Shown here piece by piece: positions 1 through 10,646 of a stretch of DNA of 64,000 nucleotides. Origin of the DNA: Candidatus Bathyarchaeia archaeon. Its GTDB lineage: Archaea > Thermoproteota > Bathyarchaeia > Bathyarchaeales > Bathycorpusculaceae. The position numbers were made by a program, and so were the translations under genes. The notes beneath the pieces are model-generated. The model worked only from the letters and a program-made list of their open reading frames with translations, was not told the DNA's origin and searched no databases. The stretch spans positions 1-64,000 of the forward strand of contig JBEKGO010000004.1 in assembly GCA_050012755.1 (NCBI GenBank). The letters run 5' to 3'. How positions within the stretch are numbered: position 1 is the first letter of the stretch; the number at the start of each line of letters is the position of its first letter.

Positions 1-1502
1 GTTTTTGCAAAAATTTTTGGGACATAGAATGCTGTTAATGCTAATATCATGGCAAAACCTATCCACCAAACGGCTGGGTTACCCATCACAACAATGGTTG
101 ATTGTAGACCGTTCGACATTGACGCTGATTCAAGCCAAACTGGAACGTGGACCCAAGTTAAAGTGGATGGTGGCGCATGACTTAAGACGTTGTGAATCGC
201 ATTTATAGGGTCAAACATGAAAGGCCAACTATACCATAGCGAAGAGAATGGGTGCGTGGCCTTCAGGTAAAAATGATAATCGAACATTTGTCCTTGTAAT
301 CCAATGACACCAAAAAAAGACCTGCCTGCAAGCATATCTGGAATGTAAGTTAAGAAGTAAATTCCTATGGTAAATAGTATGAAAGCGACGATTACGGAGT
401 AAGGGTGATCAAGGAGAGCATAGAATTTTCCGGATAAATTGCTTTTTAAGTTTTTAACTTCGTAAAGCCGCATTGCTAGCAGAAGAGCCAACTCGCCTAC
501 GAAACCATAAAGAACAAGCCATTTGCTCGAGAAGCCCAGAGCGAAAAAGAAAAAGGCTAAGAAAAGCGGTATGATGCTGGTTTTCCAGCCTTTATCAACT
601 ACGTTCTTGACGTAAATGAAAAAGAACAGTTGCGAAGCCAGTGAAAAGAACACCACATAAGTATCCGCCGTACCCATTCGGCCCATAGTGAAATGCATAA
701 AGTCAAACGTTAACAGAAACGCAGCTGTGAAGCCGCCGATCCATGTCCCAAACATCTTTTTCCCAAATATGTAAATGAGCGGAATCATCAAGGTGGCAAA
801 GATGACTCCCATTATTCGCCATCCAAAGGGGTTAAAACCGAAAATTAAAAGGCTTGAAGCTTGGATAAGTTTTCCAAGCGGCGGGTGGGTCCACTCATAC
901 GGTAACTGCGAATGTAAATATTGCTCCGCTGTTCTGACAAAATAGATTTCGTCAAAATACGTATTCTGCATGTAGTCTGATGGGTACTGAATCATGGTTT
1001 GTTCGTCGATGAGGTTATTCAGGTTGGGGTTTCCGCTGTCGAGATCATTTATTGATTGTATCGTTACCTGATGGTTATTTTGATCTATAACCGCTATTTC
1101 CGCGATTATTGTGTTGTAGCCACCCACTGGACCAAAACTAAATTCTAAATATTGAGTGGTCATGCCAAGAGAAACTTCGTGCCACTTGTAATAGTCCTCA
1201 GAAAACTGCGAATTAGAATAAGGCCAAGCACTGTTGACAGAGTTATTCAGCCAGTTGCCTGGTGATCCCGATGATATTGTAACGTTCATTGCGCCCTGCT
1301 TCAGAAGAAGAATTACTGATTTGACGTTGGCTTGGCTGCTCAGGGTAATGTAAAAGCTCTGTCCATCTGTAAGTTGAGCCGTCGTTGTAGGCGATTGCGT
1401 TAAGCCAAGATTTGCAACCGCGATGGAGAAGAAAACTACAGAAAGTAAAACAATAGTTATAACATCTTTTTTGGTTAGTTTTATGTCGAGATTTAGGTTG
1501 AT
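1..1502 (-). CDS. Dolichyl-phosphate-mannose-protein mannosyltransferase-like GT-C (GT39/PMT) glycosyltransferase, runs off the window edge; start codon uncertain
   Basis: Not in ORF track. Manual translation of the minus strand gives DEIYFVRTAEQYL, EWTHPPLGKLI, HPFSSLWYSWP and MGNPAVWW (PMT hallmarks) in one frame. No ATG/GTG/TTG before the first TM helix; ATC at 1502 follows GGAGAGGAG. Confidence 0.85.
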   Translation of the reverse strand, partial: MNLNLDIKLTKKDVITIVLLSVVFFSIAVANLGLTQSPTTTAQLTDGQSFYITLSSQANVKSVILLLKQGAMNVTISSGSPGNWLNNSVNSAWPYSNSQFSEDYYKWHEVSLGMTTQYLEFSFGPVGGYNTIIAEIAVIDQNNHQVTIQSINDLDSGNPNLNNLIDEQTMIQYPSDYMQNTYFDEIYFVRTAEQYLHSQLPYEWTHPPLGKLIQASSLLIFGFNPFGWRIMGVIFATLMIPLIYIFGKKMFGTWIGGFTAAFLLTFDFMHFTMGRMGTADTYVVFFSLASQLFFFIYVKNVVDKGWKTSIIPLFLAFFFFALGFSSKWLVLYGFVGELALLLAMRLYEVKNLKSNLSGKFYALLDHPYSVIVAFILFTIGIYFLTYIPDMLAGRSFFGVIGLQGQMFDYHFYLKATHPFSSLWYSWPFMFDPINAIHNVLSHAPPSTLTWVHVPVWLESASMSNGLQSTIVVMGNPAVWWIGFAMILALTAFYVPKIFAK

Positions 1503-2686
1503 GTCGGCTCCTCTCCATCTGTTTGACTTGGCGTTACAGGTTCATTCTTGAGCCATGTGCGTCTGTCCCACATTAATATTGAAGCATATGCGAGCATTAA
1601 CAAATTAATAACGCTTACCACCACAACGATGGGATCGCCAGTTAAATTGGGTGCAGCATTCGGGTAAGACTTGTTAAGCCAGTAAAGGACGTACGCTTCG
1701 TTGATGAACAAAGTCGCCGTCAAAGCCACGTACAGTGGACGAGCTCTTTTGATCAATGGAAACATCAATGCTAAAACGCTTATAGCTGGAAACAAGTACC
1801 GCTCGTGAATCCTTGTCGGCAACATGAAAAAAGCGAAGAAAAGCATGAATGCGGAAAAAACAGCGAGAAAATCGCCCGAAACTTTAAAACGCTTATTCAA
1901 AAAGTATAAAACGAAAACCGCGAAAGCGCCGAATAATACCCATCCTAAGATGTTGAGACCGCCATCGGACACCCACATACCATACAAAGCCCAAAGGTTG
2001 AACGCGTTTGCTGACGTTACTGCGTATCCTCCGTAGGCTCCAAAGTAAATTTTAGTCAAGAAAGTCACTGGATTGCTCCATTCAAAGGGAAGAATAACCA
2101 AGAAAACCGTTGCGGCAAATACCGCCACAGAAATTAGCATCTTTTTCAGGCCGCCTTTCTTGTAAATCAAAAAAGCAATCAGCGGCAACAGGGCTATTCC
2201 CTGAGGCTTCGTCAAAAGTCCTAAAGCGAAGGCTAATGCGGAAAGTTCAGGTTTCGATCGAAGCGCAAGGACAAGTGACAAAACAAGAAAGAAAGTGTAA
2301 ACGGCATCAAATTGCCCCCAAACAGCCGCGTTATAGATTACGGCTGGATTAAAAGCATAAAGCATAGTGGCCATGAGCGCAAGTTTAAAGCTTGATTGTT
2401 TTCTAACAAAAAAATAAATCACACCTGCTGTGGCTAAATCAAAAAGATTAGGAACCAACTTTATCATAGTCAAAATATTTATTGACGCTGCCTTTGCCAA
2501 GGAGCCAAAAACCCAAAAGATGTAAACGTTAAAGGGTGGATAATCAGCGAAACCAGCCAAATTATAAAACGGTCTTATCCCGTTTTGGGTCGCCGTGTTA
2601 AACCACGAAGCAAAATCTCCTGTATCAATCGGGTAGCCTTTCAGAGGAAACAAAAGAACCCTGACAAGCAAAGAAACGAAAAGCAC
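1493..2686 (-). CDS. GT-C fold multi-TM glycosyltransferase (GT87/ALG6-like mannosyltransferase)
   Basis: DYPPF, FNPAVIYNAAVWGQFD, KPQG and HERYLFP motifs; many TM helices; true start may lie slightly upstream. Confidence 0.85.
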   Translation of the reverse strand: MLFVSLLVRVLLFPLKGYPIDTGDFASWFNTATQNGIRPFYNLAGFADYPPFNVYIFWVFGSLAKAASINILTMIKLVPNLFDLATAGVIYFFVRKQSSFKLALMATMLYAFNPAVIYNAAVWGQFDAVYTFFLVLSLVLALRSKPELSALAFALGLLTKPQGIALLPLIAFLIYKKGGLKKMLISVAVFAATVFLVILPFEWSNPVTFLTKIYFGAYGGYAVTSANAFNLWALYGMWVSDGGLNILGWVLFGAFAVFVLYFLNKRFKVSGDFLAVFSAFMLFFAFFMLPTRIHERYLFPAISVLALMFPLIKRARPLYVALTATLFINEAYVLYWLNKSYPNAAPNLTGDPIVVVVSVINLLMLAYASILMWDRRTWLKNEPVTPSQTDGEEPTST

Positions 2687-2831
2687 TACGGCTAAAATAG
2701 CAATCTCGCGCTTCGCAAACGAGAAATTAAACCCGTTTCCCTCCCATTAAGCAAACAGTTGCAGCAATTGCATAAGAAGCTTTTTCCCAAATGCTTGTTT
2801 CCCTTTTTTGAATTTACCTTAGTAAAAAACC

Positions 2832-3086
2832 TCAGCCAGGTACACTCGGATACGGAACAAGTGTCGGCTGTGGGGAAGCTGAACTTCGTAAACCTCTCAA
2901 TATGTTTACGGCAATCGAATAAGAAAATAGAGCAAATACTACAATTGCTAATGTTAGACTTATGTAAAATAGAAACAAGAAAAATTTTCCTTTTGTGCGA
3001 AGCTTCCAGAGAACTGCTAGAACGGCTGCTCCAAAAGCAAAAATGAAGAATATCGAGATTGGATAAGGAATTAGGTTGTATGGCAT
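2832..3086 (-). CDS. Small two-TM membrane protein
   Basis: 84 aa ORF with two hydrophobic segments, co-oriented with the GT genes. Confidence 0.5.
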   Translation of the reverse strand: MPYNLIPYPISIFFIFAFGAAVLAVLWKLRTKGKFFLFLFYISLTLAIVVFALFSYSIAVNILRGLRSSASPQPTLVPYPSVPG

Positions 3087-3403
3087 GAGATAGCTATTGG
3101 TGAAGTCTGTATTTAAATTTCAAGTGCAATCAGTTATTTTCAAAAAATTAGAATATAGGATTAAGCGGAGCCTCGAGCTGGCATGGCACTTGTGAGTACT
3201 CGAAAAATCAAATTCGATAATTCATATATTTTCAATTAAGTAAAAGTTGATTTAATATTGAAATATTCATAGTAAGAAACGCCTCATAAATTTCCGCATT
3301 AATAGTTGGTAAACTTTATGGCTTAATTTTATAAGCAATCACGTCGTTGCTTTGTTCGTAATCAAGGAAAAGTTATGTTCAAGGATTTAGAGGTAGGGCA
3401 ATT

Positions 3404-6400
3404 TTGAGGCGCCGAAATATCATAATAACCATAGCACTTTTCGCAATTCTAGTTCCCTCTCTTTTCTTCGCAGCACAAACTTTTTCCCTATCTAAAATAA
3501 ACACGTCATCTTCACCGTTTTACGTGGGAGTTGAATGCGGTTACAATAACGTCACACTCTGCGAAGCTGTAATCGACAAAGTCAAAAACTACACAAACCT
3601 ATTCATCATCAGCTCGACAGATATAGTGGATAATTCAACTTTACTCAACGAAGTGTCGGACTACGCCTACAATGCGGGACTTTATATCTCAGTGTATTTC
3701 TCGCCAATACACTCCTACACAGATCTAGGACAAAACGTTTCATCTTCGTTCACGCTCCCAAACGGTACAGTCCTGCAAAGTCCATCTTATCAATCGCCCT
3801 ATCCAATGGCTTGGCTCAACAGTTCGATGACAAAATATGGTGACCGTTTCTTGGGCGCATATGTTTTCGATGAGCCAGGGGGAATTCAACTTGATGGAGG
3901 CGGCCAAAGAACGGTGGGTCAAGAACAGAACGTAGAACAAACTTACTTGAGCACTTCAACAGCCTACATCAGGGGCGTTAACTCCAGCATTCAACCCTAT
4001 TTGAATTCGAGCGCAATGATCTATACAGCAGACTACGGTCTTTACTGGTTCGACTATAAAGCAGGGTATGATGCGGTTCTAGCTGAACTTGGAGTGAACA
4101 ATAGCCGACAGCTGCAAGTGTCGCTTTGCCGAGGCGCCGCCACCGCTCAGGACAAAGATTGGGGTGTTATTGTTACGCATTCCCCCACGCAACCTATGGA
4201 GTCAGGACCAGAACTCTATAGTGATTTGGTTTTTAGCTACAATTCGGGCGCAAAGTATGCAGTAGTATTTGACTACGCCGAAACGAATTCGTATCCTAAA
4301 GAGACGTATCAACCGTATGAATACGGCATTTTACAAGACCAACATTTTGACGCACTCAAAAACTTCTGGAATTACACGCAGAATAATCCTGAAAAACACG
4401 GAAGCCTCAAAGCAGATGTTGCTTTGGTTCTTCCTCAAGCCTACGGCTTTGGCTTCCGATACTCTGAAGATAGTTTGTGGGGAATATTCAGCGGCGATAT
4501 GTGGTCCCAGACTTTGTGGTCCGATGCTAACGGATATTTAGCCAAGTACGGTTCGCGACTAGACGTAGTTTATGATGATCCCGCATTCAATAATGCCGTG
4601 AAAAGCACCTACTCTAAAGTGATTCAATGGACCGCTGACAGTGCGTCAGCTAATTTCCCAGTCAGAAATCTGAACACTACATTTGGGTACCCAAATATCC
4701 AAGACGCCATTAGTTCGGGGGCAACTTCTGAGGGCGACGTTATATCGGTCAAGGCGGGGGTTTACGCTGAAAATTTAGTTGTAAATAAGACTCTCTCAAT
4801 TGTTGGCCAGAACGAGGCGACAACGATTATCGACGGATCCGGCGGTGGAACAGTCGTTAACATAACCTGCGACAATGTGACGCTCTCCGGCTTCACGATT
4901 CGAAACAGCGGACCAGCCTCGACTGCAGGTGTCTACTTGGGCAACGTGGGCAACTGCAGCATAGATGATAACACAATAACAGGAAACTATTATGGAATAT
5001 ACCTGAACTACTCGAGTAGCAACACCTTGAGAAACAACATCATAAACAGCAACAGCTACAACTTGGGCATTGACGGCAACGAGACCACTCACTTCATCAA
5101 TAATATTGACAGCTCAAACACGATTAATGGTGAAAAAGTGTACTACTTGATAGGCAATAACGATCTGAACATTAACCCTTCCACTTACCCTAACGTTGGT
5201 TATCTTGCCCTTGTGAATTGCAAGCGAATAACCGTGCAAAACTTAAGTCTTAGCAATAATGGCAATGGTATCTTACTAGTAAACACTCAAAACTCAACCC
5301 TGATTGGCAACACGGTGACAAATAGTATCGAGGGCCTTCGACTCATCGACTCGGAAGGCAACGTCTTAAGAAATAACAGCCTAACTGGCAATATATACAA
5401 TTTCTTGGTTCAAGGAGGACTTTTAAATTATGTTGACGCTTCCAACACCTTAAATGGCAAACCAGTCTATTATTGGATAAGTCAAAACAACAAAGCTGTG
5501 CCCTTAAACGCAGGATATGTGGCATTAATCAACTGCTCGAGCATATCGGTCCAAAACTTAGATTTGACTGCCAACTGGCAAAGCATAGTCCTATCAACAA
5601 GCACAAACTCAACGGTAAGTAATAATCGAATCAGTGACAGTTACTACGGTATAGAGCTGGAAAACTCATCAACAGGCAATAGCATCCGCGAAAACACAGT
5701 TGTTAACTGCACAATGGCTATCGCTTTCTCCGATTGCAAAGACAACGACATTGCAAATAATATCCTATCAAACAACCAGTGCGGCGGCTACTTTACCTCT
5801 TCTAACTTTAATACATTCTCTGGAAACACGATTGACTCAAATATAGATCGCGGTATGCAATTCACGCTAAACTGCAATAATAACACTCTAATTGGAAACA
5901 ACATAAATCAGAACAATGTTGCCGTCGAGTTCACTAATTCTTCAGGCAACAAAATTATTCAAAACAGCCTAAGGGGAAATACCCAAAGCATCCAAATCCT
6001 AGGTCAAAGCAGCGGCACCTTCATAACTGAAAATCTTATAGCAAATAGCGCATGTGGCATCGAAATCGCCCCGACCGATTCCTTTTCAAACTCTGAAGGC
6101 CAAGGCTTACAATACTTCATACCTGTTCAAAACTACTACCTAACATATTTTGTTTCCAGCTCGCACATCGTCGCTCAAAACACTTTGACAAATGATACCT
6201 GGGGTATTTTAGTCAACTCGGCAAACAACACTGTCATAGCCAACAATACTGTAACCAGTAGCAACTATGGCATTGACTTGGAAGCCGGTTCAAATGGTTT
6301 GACAGGTTCCACGCTAAACGATATTTTGAGCGGGAACAACGTAACTACCAGCAGCTTTATTGGCATTTCCTTGAATGGCGTAAGCAATTGCAGTATTCTT

Positions 6401-7378
6401 GAAAATACAGTCGCTGATAATCAGCAAGGCATAGTACTATCCAGTAGCCAAAACAACCTGTTGGCTAATAATGATGTGTCAGACAGCACCCAGTTAGGCA
6501 TTCAGTTGTCCTCATCTTCAACGGGAAATATATTCAGAGACAACAACCTGTCAGATAATGCCTACGGCTTCGACGACGAAAGTATCTACTATGGCACAAT
6601 GAACGGCCTTGTAATTGTTTATGGCCAAGGTAACCCTCAATACAATAACCCTCAATACTATACGAACGATGTTGATGCTTCAAACAAAGTAAACGGCAAA
6701 CCCATAATTTACTGGGTTGGGCAAAGCGACAAAACCGTGCCTTCAGAAGCTGGATGTGTCATACTCGTTAACTGCACCAACATAACTGTTCAGAACCTCA
6801 CGCTCGCTGGCAACTCTGATGGTGTGGAACTTGCGTACACTAACAGCTCTACCGTTACGGGAAACATCGTGCAAGTCAACGGCATAGGCATTAAGCTTTT
6901 GAGTTCATCCAACAACACTATCGACAGAAACAACATAACTGGCAACGTTGAAGGCATCAGTTTGGAGCAAGCAGTTTTGACGACGTACGTTGGCACAGCT
7001 TCCCCTAATGCAGTCATGGTTACTCTTTCATCCACAAATAATATGATAATCGAAAACACAATCGAGTCAAACAACATTGGCGTCTCTATAATCAACAGCT
7101 ACGGTTACGGCTCAGATGGTTCAAACGATGTAAACGGGAACACTTTCTACCATAACAACTTTGTCAATAATAGAAGCCAAGTTACCGCTCCGCCCCCAAA
7201 TCCGGATCAGTCTTCAATCTCAAATAACTTATGGGATAATGGCAAAGAAGGCAACTATTGGAGTGACTACAATGGAACAGATGTAAATCACGATGGCGTC
7301 GGTGACAATCCGTACTTAGTTTACACAAACAACACAGACCACTACCCACTAATGGTGCCCTTCAAAATGTCCACATAG
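3404..7378 (+). CDS. Large secreted parallel beta-helix (NosD/CASH) repeat protein with N-terminal putative glycoside-hydrolase-like domain
   Basis: Signal peptide; IQDAI..GVYAENL; many GIxL-xxSxNN repeats; three NGKPIYY-type modules; C-terminal GNYWSDYNGTD..GDNPY..DHYPLM. Confidence 0.85.
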   Translation: MRRRNIIITIALFAILVPSLFFAAQTFSLSKINTSSSPFYVGVECGYNNVTLCEAVIDKVKNYTNLFIISSTDIVDNSTLLNEVSDYAYNAGLYISVYFSPIHSYTDLGQNVSSSFTLPNGTVLQSPSYQSPYPMAWLNSSMTKYGDRFLGAYVFDEPGGIQLDGGGQRTVGQEQNVEQTYLSTSTAYIRGVNSSIQPYLNSSAMIYTADYGLYWFDYKAGYDAVLAELGVNNSRQLQVSLCRGAATAQDKDWGVIVTHSPTQPMESGPELYSDLVFSYNSGAKYAVVFDYAETNSYPKETYQPYEYGILQDQHFDALKNFWNYTQNNPEKHGSLKADVALVLPQAYGFGFRYSEDSLWGIFSGDMWSQTLWSDANGYLAKYGSRLDVVYDDPAFNNAVKSTYSKVIQWTADSASANFPVRNLNTTFGYPNIQDAISSGATSEGDVISVKAGVYAENLVVNKTLSIVGQNEATTIIDGSGGGTVVNITCDNVTLSGFTIRNSGPASTAGVYLGNVGNCSIDDNTITGNYYGIYLNYSSSNTLRNNIINSNSYNLGIDGNETTHFINNIDSSNTINGEKVYYLIGNNDLNINPSTYPNVGYLALVNCKRITVQNLSLSNNGNGILLVNTQNSTLIGNTVTNSIEGLRLIDSEGNVLRNNSLTGNIYNFLVQGGLLNYVDASNTLNGKPVYYWISQNNKAVPLNAGYVALINCSSISVQNLDLTANWQSIVLSTSTNSTVSNNRISDSYYGIELENSSTGNSIRENTVVNCTMAIAFSDCKDNDIANNILSNNQCGGYFTSSNFNTFSGNTIDSNIDRGMQFTLNCNNNTLIGNNINQNNVAVEFTNSSGNKIIQNSLRGNTQSIQILGQSSGTFITENLIANSACGIEIAPTDSFSNSEGQGLQYFIPVQNYYLTYFVSSSHIVAQNTLTNDTWGILVNSANNTVIANNTVTSSNYGIDLEAGSNGLTGSTLNDILSGNNVTTSSFIGISLNGVSNCSILENTVADNQQGIVLSSSQNNLLANNDVSDSTQLGIQLSSSSTGNIFRDNNLSDNAYGFDDESIYYGTMNGLVIVYGQGNPQYNNPQYYTNDVDASNKVNGKPIIYWVGQSDKTVPSEAGCVILVNCTNITVQNLTLAGNSDGVELAYTNSSTVTGNIVQVNGIGIKLLSSSNNTIDRNNITGNVEGISLEQAVLTTYVGTASPNAVMVTLSSTNNMIIENTIESNNIGVSIINSYGYGSDGSNDVNGNTFYHNNFVNNRSQVTAPPPNPDQSSISNNLWDNGKEGNYWSDYNGTDVNHDGVGDNPYLVYTNNTDHYPLMVPFKMST

Positions 7379-7440
7379 ATATTCTGAAGCTATGAGTACA
7401 ATTCCCTCGTCCACGTCTTAATCTCAAATTTAGACGATAG

Positions 7441-7480
7441 GGAGCTTTCGGCGGGATTTTGACCCGCGACCATTACTTAC
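7441..7480 (-). repeat. Degenerate copy of the tRNA-Thr 3' half (att-like site)
   Basis: GGAGCTTTCGGCGGGATTTTGACCCGCGACCATTAC matches 10648-10683 with a few mismatches. Confidence 0.8.
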
Positions 7481-7501
7481 TAAAGCTAAAATCCCAGAAA
7501 G

Positions 7502-7891
7502 CTACCATTCGACGGTATCTATTCCTTGAATAAGCTTGAAATGTGAATCTCGAGTTACTATTGCTTTGGCACGAGCTTGAGCGATTCCTGCGATAAGCAC
7601 GTCATCTTCGCCAATTAAGCAACCTTTCTTTCTTAGATCTCGATAAATCTTAGAAGCTTCTTCACACGCTTGCAATGTCAAATCTAAAACTTCTATATTC
7701 GACAAAAGCTCCTGAACTTCTGCGAGGTTTTTATCTGGACTAGAAGAAATGTAAGCTCCTCTTAGAAGTTCATACGCTGAAATAATAGTGGTTGACACTT
7801 GATCATCTTTTTCTTCCAAGTTGCGGATTGCTTTTTCTGCGTCTGTTTCTCCTTTCAAGAGGGCGATTAGAGCGTCGGTGTCAAGAATCAC
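7502..7891 (-). CDS. vapC: PIN-domain toxin VapC
   Basis: MILDTDALI, ISAYEL, D-LIAGIA, IVTRDSHF PIN motifs. Confidence 0.92.
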   Translation of the reverse strand: MILDTDALIALLKGETDAEKAIRNLEEKDDQVSTTIISAYELLRGAYISSSPDKNLAEVQELLSNIEVLDLTLQACEEASKIYRDLRKKGCLIGEDDVLIAGIAQARAKAIVTRDSHFKLIQGIDTVEW

Positions 7892-8118
7892 GGAAACAGT
7901 TCGACCTTTCTAGATTCTGATTGTTCTCTGTCCTTCATTATTTGAGCAAGTACTTCGTCGGCATCGTCGCCTACCCATTTGCCCGAAAATTCCAATAGTG
8001 ACTTCTTTTTTTTCTGTTTCAGGGTTCTTAAGACGACGTCTGAAAAAGACTCGCCGGGCCTCTTGGAATCCTTTAAAGTCCGATATGCTTCGTTCGAAAG
8101 AGATATTACTTTGGTCAT
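7888..8118 (-). CDS. vapB: Antitoxin VapB (DUF217-like)
   Basis: MTKVISLSNEAYRTLKDSKRPGESFSDVVLR; 4-bp overlap with vapC; start reset to ATG 8118. Confidence 0.88.
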   Translation of the reverse strand: MTKVISLSNEAYRTLKDSKRPGESFSDVVLRTLKQKKKKSLLEFSGKWVGDDADEVLAQIMKDREQSESRKVELFP

Positions 8119-8185
8119 AAGAAACAGGTATATGAATGTGCATATGCATATATATGCATTTTTGCTTGTGTAAAAACAAGCATGA

Positions 8186-8646
8186 GTGGAGCGTTCGGCG
8201 AGATTTGGACCCGCGACCATTGCCTTACCAACCCCAAATTGGTCCTTAAAACTTAAAAATAAGCGTGTTTTTAAGGATAATTATGACTTCTGGGATAATT
8301 TCAACCAATTTATCTTAAGACAATACACACCTGATTACGCCAAAGATGTGATAAGGCAAGCACGACAATTTCACCAATATTTAGCGAGTGGGGTCTTTCA
8401 TCATTTAAACTGCTGCCAACAGAAAAACGAAGGCGAGTAATGCAATCGCTTTCAACATTATCCAAGTATACGGGTCACTATGAGCAATAGCGGCAGATGA
8501 CTAAAGCTTAAGATCTAAAATGGGCAGTCAACAATGACGATGTTATCATCGCTCGATTGATAAAGTACAGTGGTGGAGAAGGAAACGGGAACATTAATGA
8601 CCTTTTCAATTGGGTAAAAACAGTTAAACAACAAATTCCCGATTAG
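8186..8646 (+). pseudogene. SSV1-type tyrosine integrase C-fragment remnant (frameshift and stops)
   Basis: Reads out of the att site: ..WDNFNQFILRQYTPDYAKDVIRQARQFHQYL / LSSFKLLPTEKRRRVMQSLSTLSKYTGHYEQ*..LKWAVNNDDVIIARLIK..LFNWVKTVK, resembling archaeal tRNA-targeting integrases. Confidence 0.65.
8187..8231 (-). repeat. att-like copy of the tRNA-Thr 3' half
   Basis: TGGAGCGTTCGGCGAGATTTGGACCCGCGACCATTGCCTTACCAA vs 10647-10691 (3 mismatches); match ends at the anticodon loop. Confidence 0.9.
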
Positions 8647-8822
8647 TGCTTCTCAGCTGAGCTTGCGTTTTTGGAAGATTTTTGCACTTTTGAAAATAGG
8701 TGGCGAATTCAAAGCTGCCTGCTATGCCCAAGCTGCAATTCTTTTACGCCGCCGTTCTTACTTGCGGACTGGTAGGACCAAAGAGTGGATAACTACTTTC
8801 ACATTGCCTTCTGCCTGTAGAA

Positions 8823-9992
8823 TCAGCACATATGGTATCTTTGGAGCAAGCGGATGAATATTGGATTTTCTTGAAATGTGTATGCTTGGTTTGTAGTCTC
8901 AGGCACACCGACCACGCTTTGGGTTGGGCGAGGAGGTCCCCAGATGCCTTGCGCTCCTCCAGTTGAGGGATCTGTTACTTTGATACCCAGAAGGGCAGGC
9001 GCCATAATTGTCGTTAAAGTAGTTGAATGATAGCCTCCAATAACGTAGATCTTGTCATCGACAACTGCAGCGCCCTGTCGAGCGTGTTCTGTTGGCGTAT
9101 TCTCTCCTGCAACCCAGTAATTGCCCCCAGGAAAGTAAATCTGAACATACCTCGAAGCAAGGGGAATATCCCCAGGGGTTTTAACCTGCAAAGGCTGACC
9201 TCCTATTAGATAAATAGCCGGCACTCCGCTCGCATTAGCCGCGACAACAGCTGCATCTTGCACCAGAAAGTGGAATGGAGATCCATAACTCCAAGCATTT
9301 GATGTGACGTCATAGATCAGAGTTTTTGGGCTTATGCTACTTTTGCTATTAGCTGTAGGCCAGACTGAAGCTAAAACATATATTTTGTTACCCAGTGCGG
9401 CAGCAGCATGCCAAGAAAGCTTTTCCGGACAAGAGGCCCTTGCAGCCCACGAATTAGTGGCAGGATCATACACCTCAACTAAATTCCTTCCATCTCCGCC
9501 GCCCAGGAGGTAAATTTTACCCTGAACCTCTGTTGCAGAACATCCGATCCATGTGTAACCTGGAATCGGTGCCATCTGTGTCCAGCTGTTGGTTAATGGA
9601 TCAAAGACTTGGTTTGTTACGAGATTAGTTGATTCTGAGCCATTTTGAGTTAGCCCCCCAAGAATGTATATTTTCCCTTTGCAGGCAACTGTGGCACAGT
9701 AAGAACTAGGGGTTGGCAACTGAGCCATAATGGTCCAGCGGTTAGTTTGTGGGTCATATCGCTCATTTGCTGAACTTGATTCGATTTGAGTGTTGCTAAC
9801 CCCGCCGATCGCGTAGATTTTTCCATTCAGCGCAACCACAGCTAACGCATATCTGGGTGTTGGCATCTGCGTCTGGTCTTCCCACGTTCCTAAAGTTTGA
9901 GCCATGGCCGACGAAGCAACAGTTAGAGTGCACATTACAATAATGACACAAGCGACACAGATCACGGCTACTCTCTTCACGTCCCACGTCAC
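8823..9992 (-). CDS. Secreted Kelch-repeat beta-propeller protein
   Basis: Signal peptide; repeated GKIYxIGG..YDPxTNxW motifs. Confidence 0.9.
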   Translation of the reverse strand: MTWDVKRVAVICVACVIIVMCTLTVASSAMAQTLGTWEDQTQMPTPRYALAVVALNGKIYAIGGVSNTQIESSSANERYDPQTNRWTIMAQLPTPSSYCATVACKGKIYILGGLTQNGSESTNLVTNQVFDPLTNSWTQMAPIPGYTWIGCSATEVQGKIYLLGGGDGRNLVEVYDPATNSWAARASCPEKLSWHAAAALGNKIYVLASVWPTANSKSSISPKTLIYDVTSNAWSYGSPFHFLVQDAAVVAANASGVPAIYLIGGQPLQVKTPGDIPLASRYVQIYFPGGNYWVAGENTPTEHARQGAAVVDDKIYVIGGYHSTTLTTIMAPALLGIKVTDPSTGGAQGIWGPPRPTQSVVGVPETTNQAYTFQENPIFIRLLQRYHMC

Positions 9993-10646
9993 CGACTAAA
10001 AGGAGTGGAAAGTGGCTCTTAGCTCTCCCTGCGGAACAGTCTGTTCTTCTAAGAGAACAGCATGAAGGCTTGGTTGACCAAAGCAATTGCTTATACTTTA
10101 AACTTCAATATCCTAGCTCTTACAAGCTCTATCTTGGTTTCTTCAGCGTATAGGCAGAAAAACCATAATTATAAGACAGCAACGGCAATAGAATACCTGA
10201 AGTCGTGGTAACGCACAGGTAATTGTTTCTAAGACGAAGGCAATTGAAACCGCAACAAAAACACTGCGAAGCAGAGGCTTACACGACTATGTTCAAACCC
10301 TCCAAACTCACTCAGAATAATCCGCCTGCAGAAGCCCCAATGCCAACCTCTCTTTTCAGCAACGTGCTCACGAATTCTTTTTACAGATGTCTATTCGTTC
10401 TCTAATTCTTTGTTAGAAGTTGGTTTGCCACTTTCCCTTCTTAAGATAAGAAAAATTGTGCCCACGTAAGAAAAACAATGGAGCCTCAAGGAAGAAAATA
10501 TTTTAGGGGAAAAAGAAAAAGCCCCTCACAGAGGCATCACCGGAAAAACACATACTTGCACAATCAATGTAGCCCAACAACCAAAAATCAGATCTTTTGT
10601 GATTGGAAAAGGAAAGCTGAATCAAGTTGCTTTTGGGACTTTGGGG

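Noticed and set aside
1243-1518. 91-aa ORF with an ATG
   Set aside because: Wrong frame; the PMT motifs lie in another frame of the same strand.
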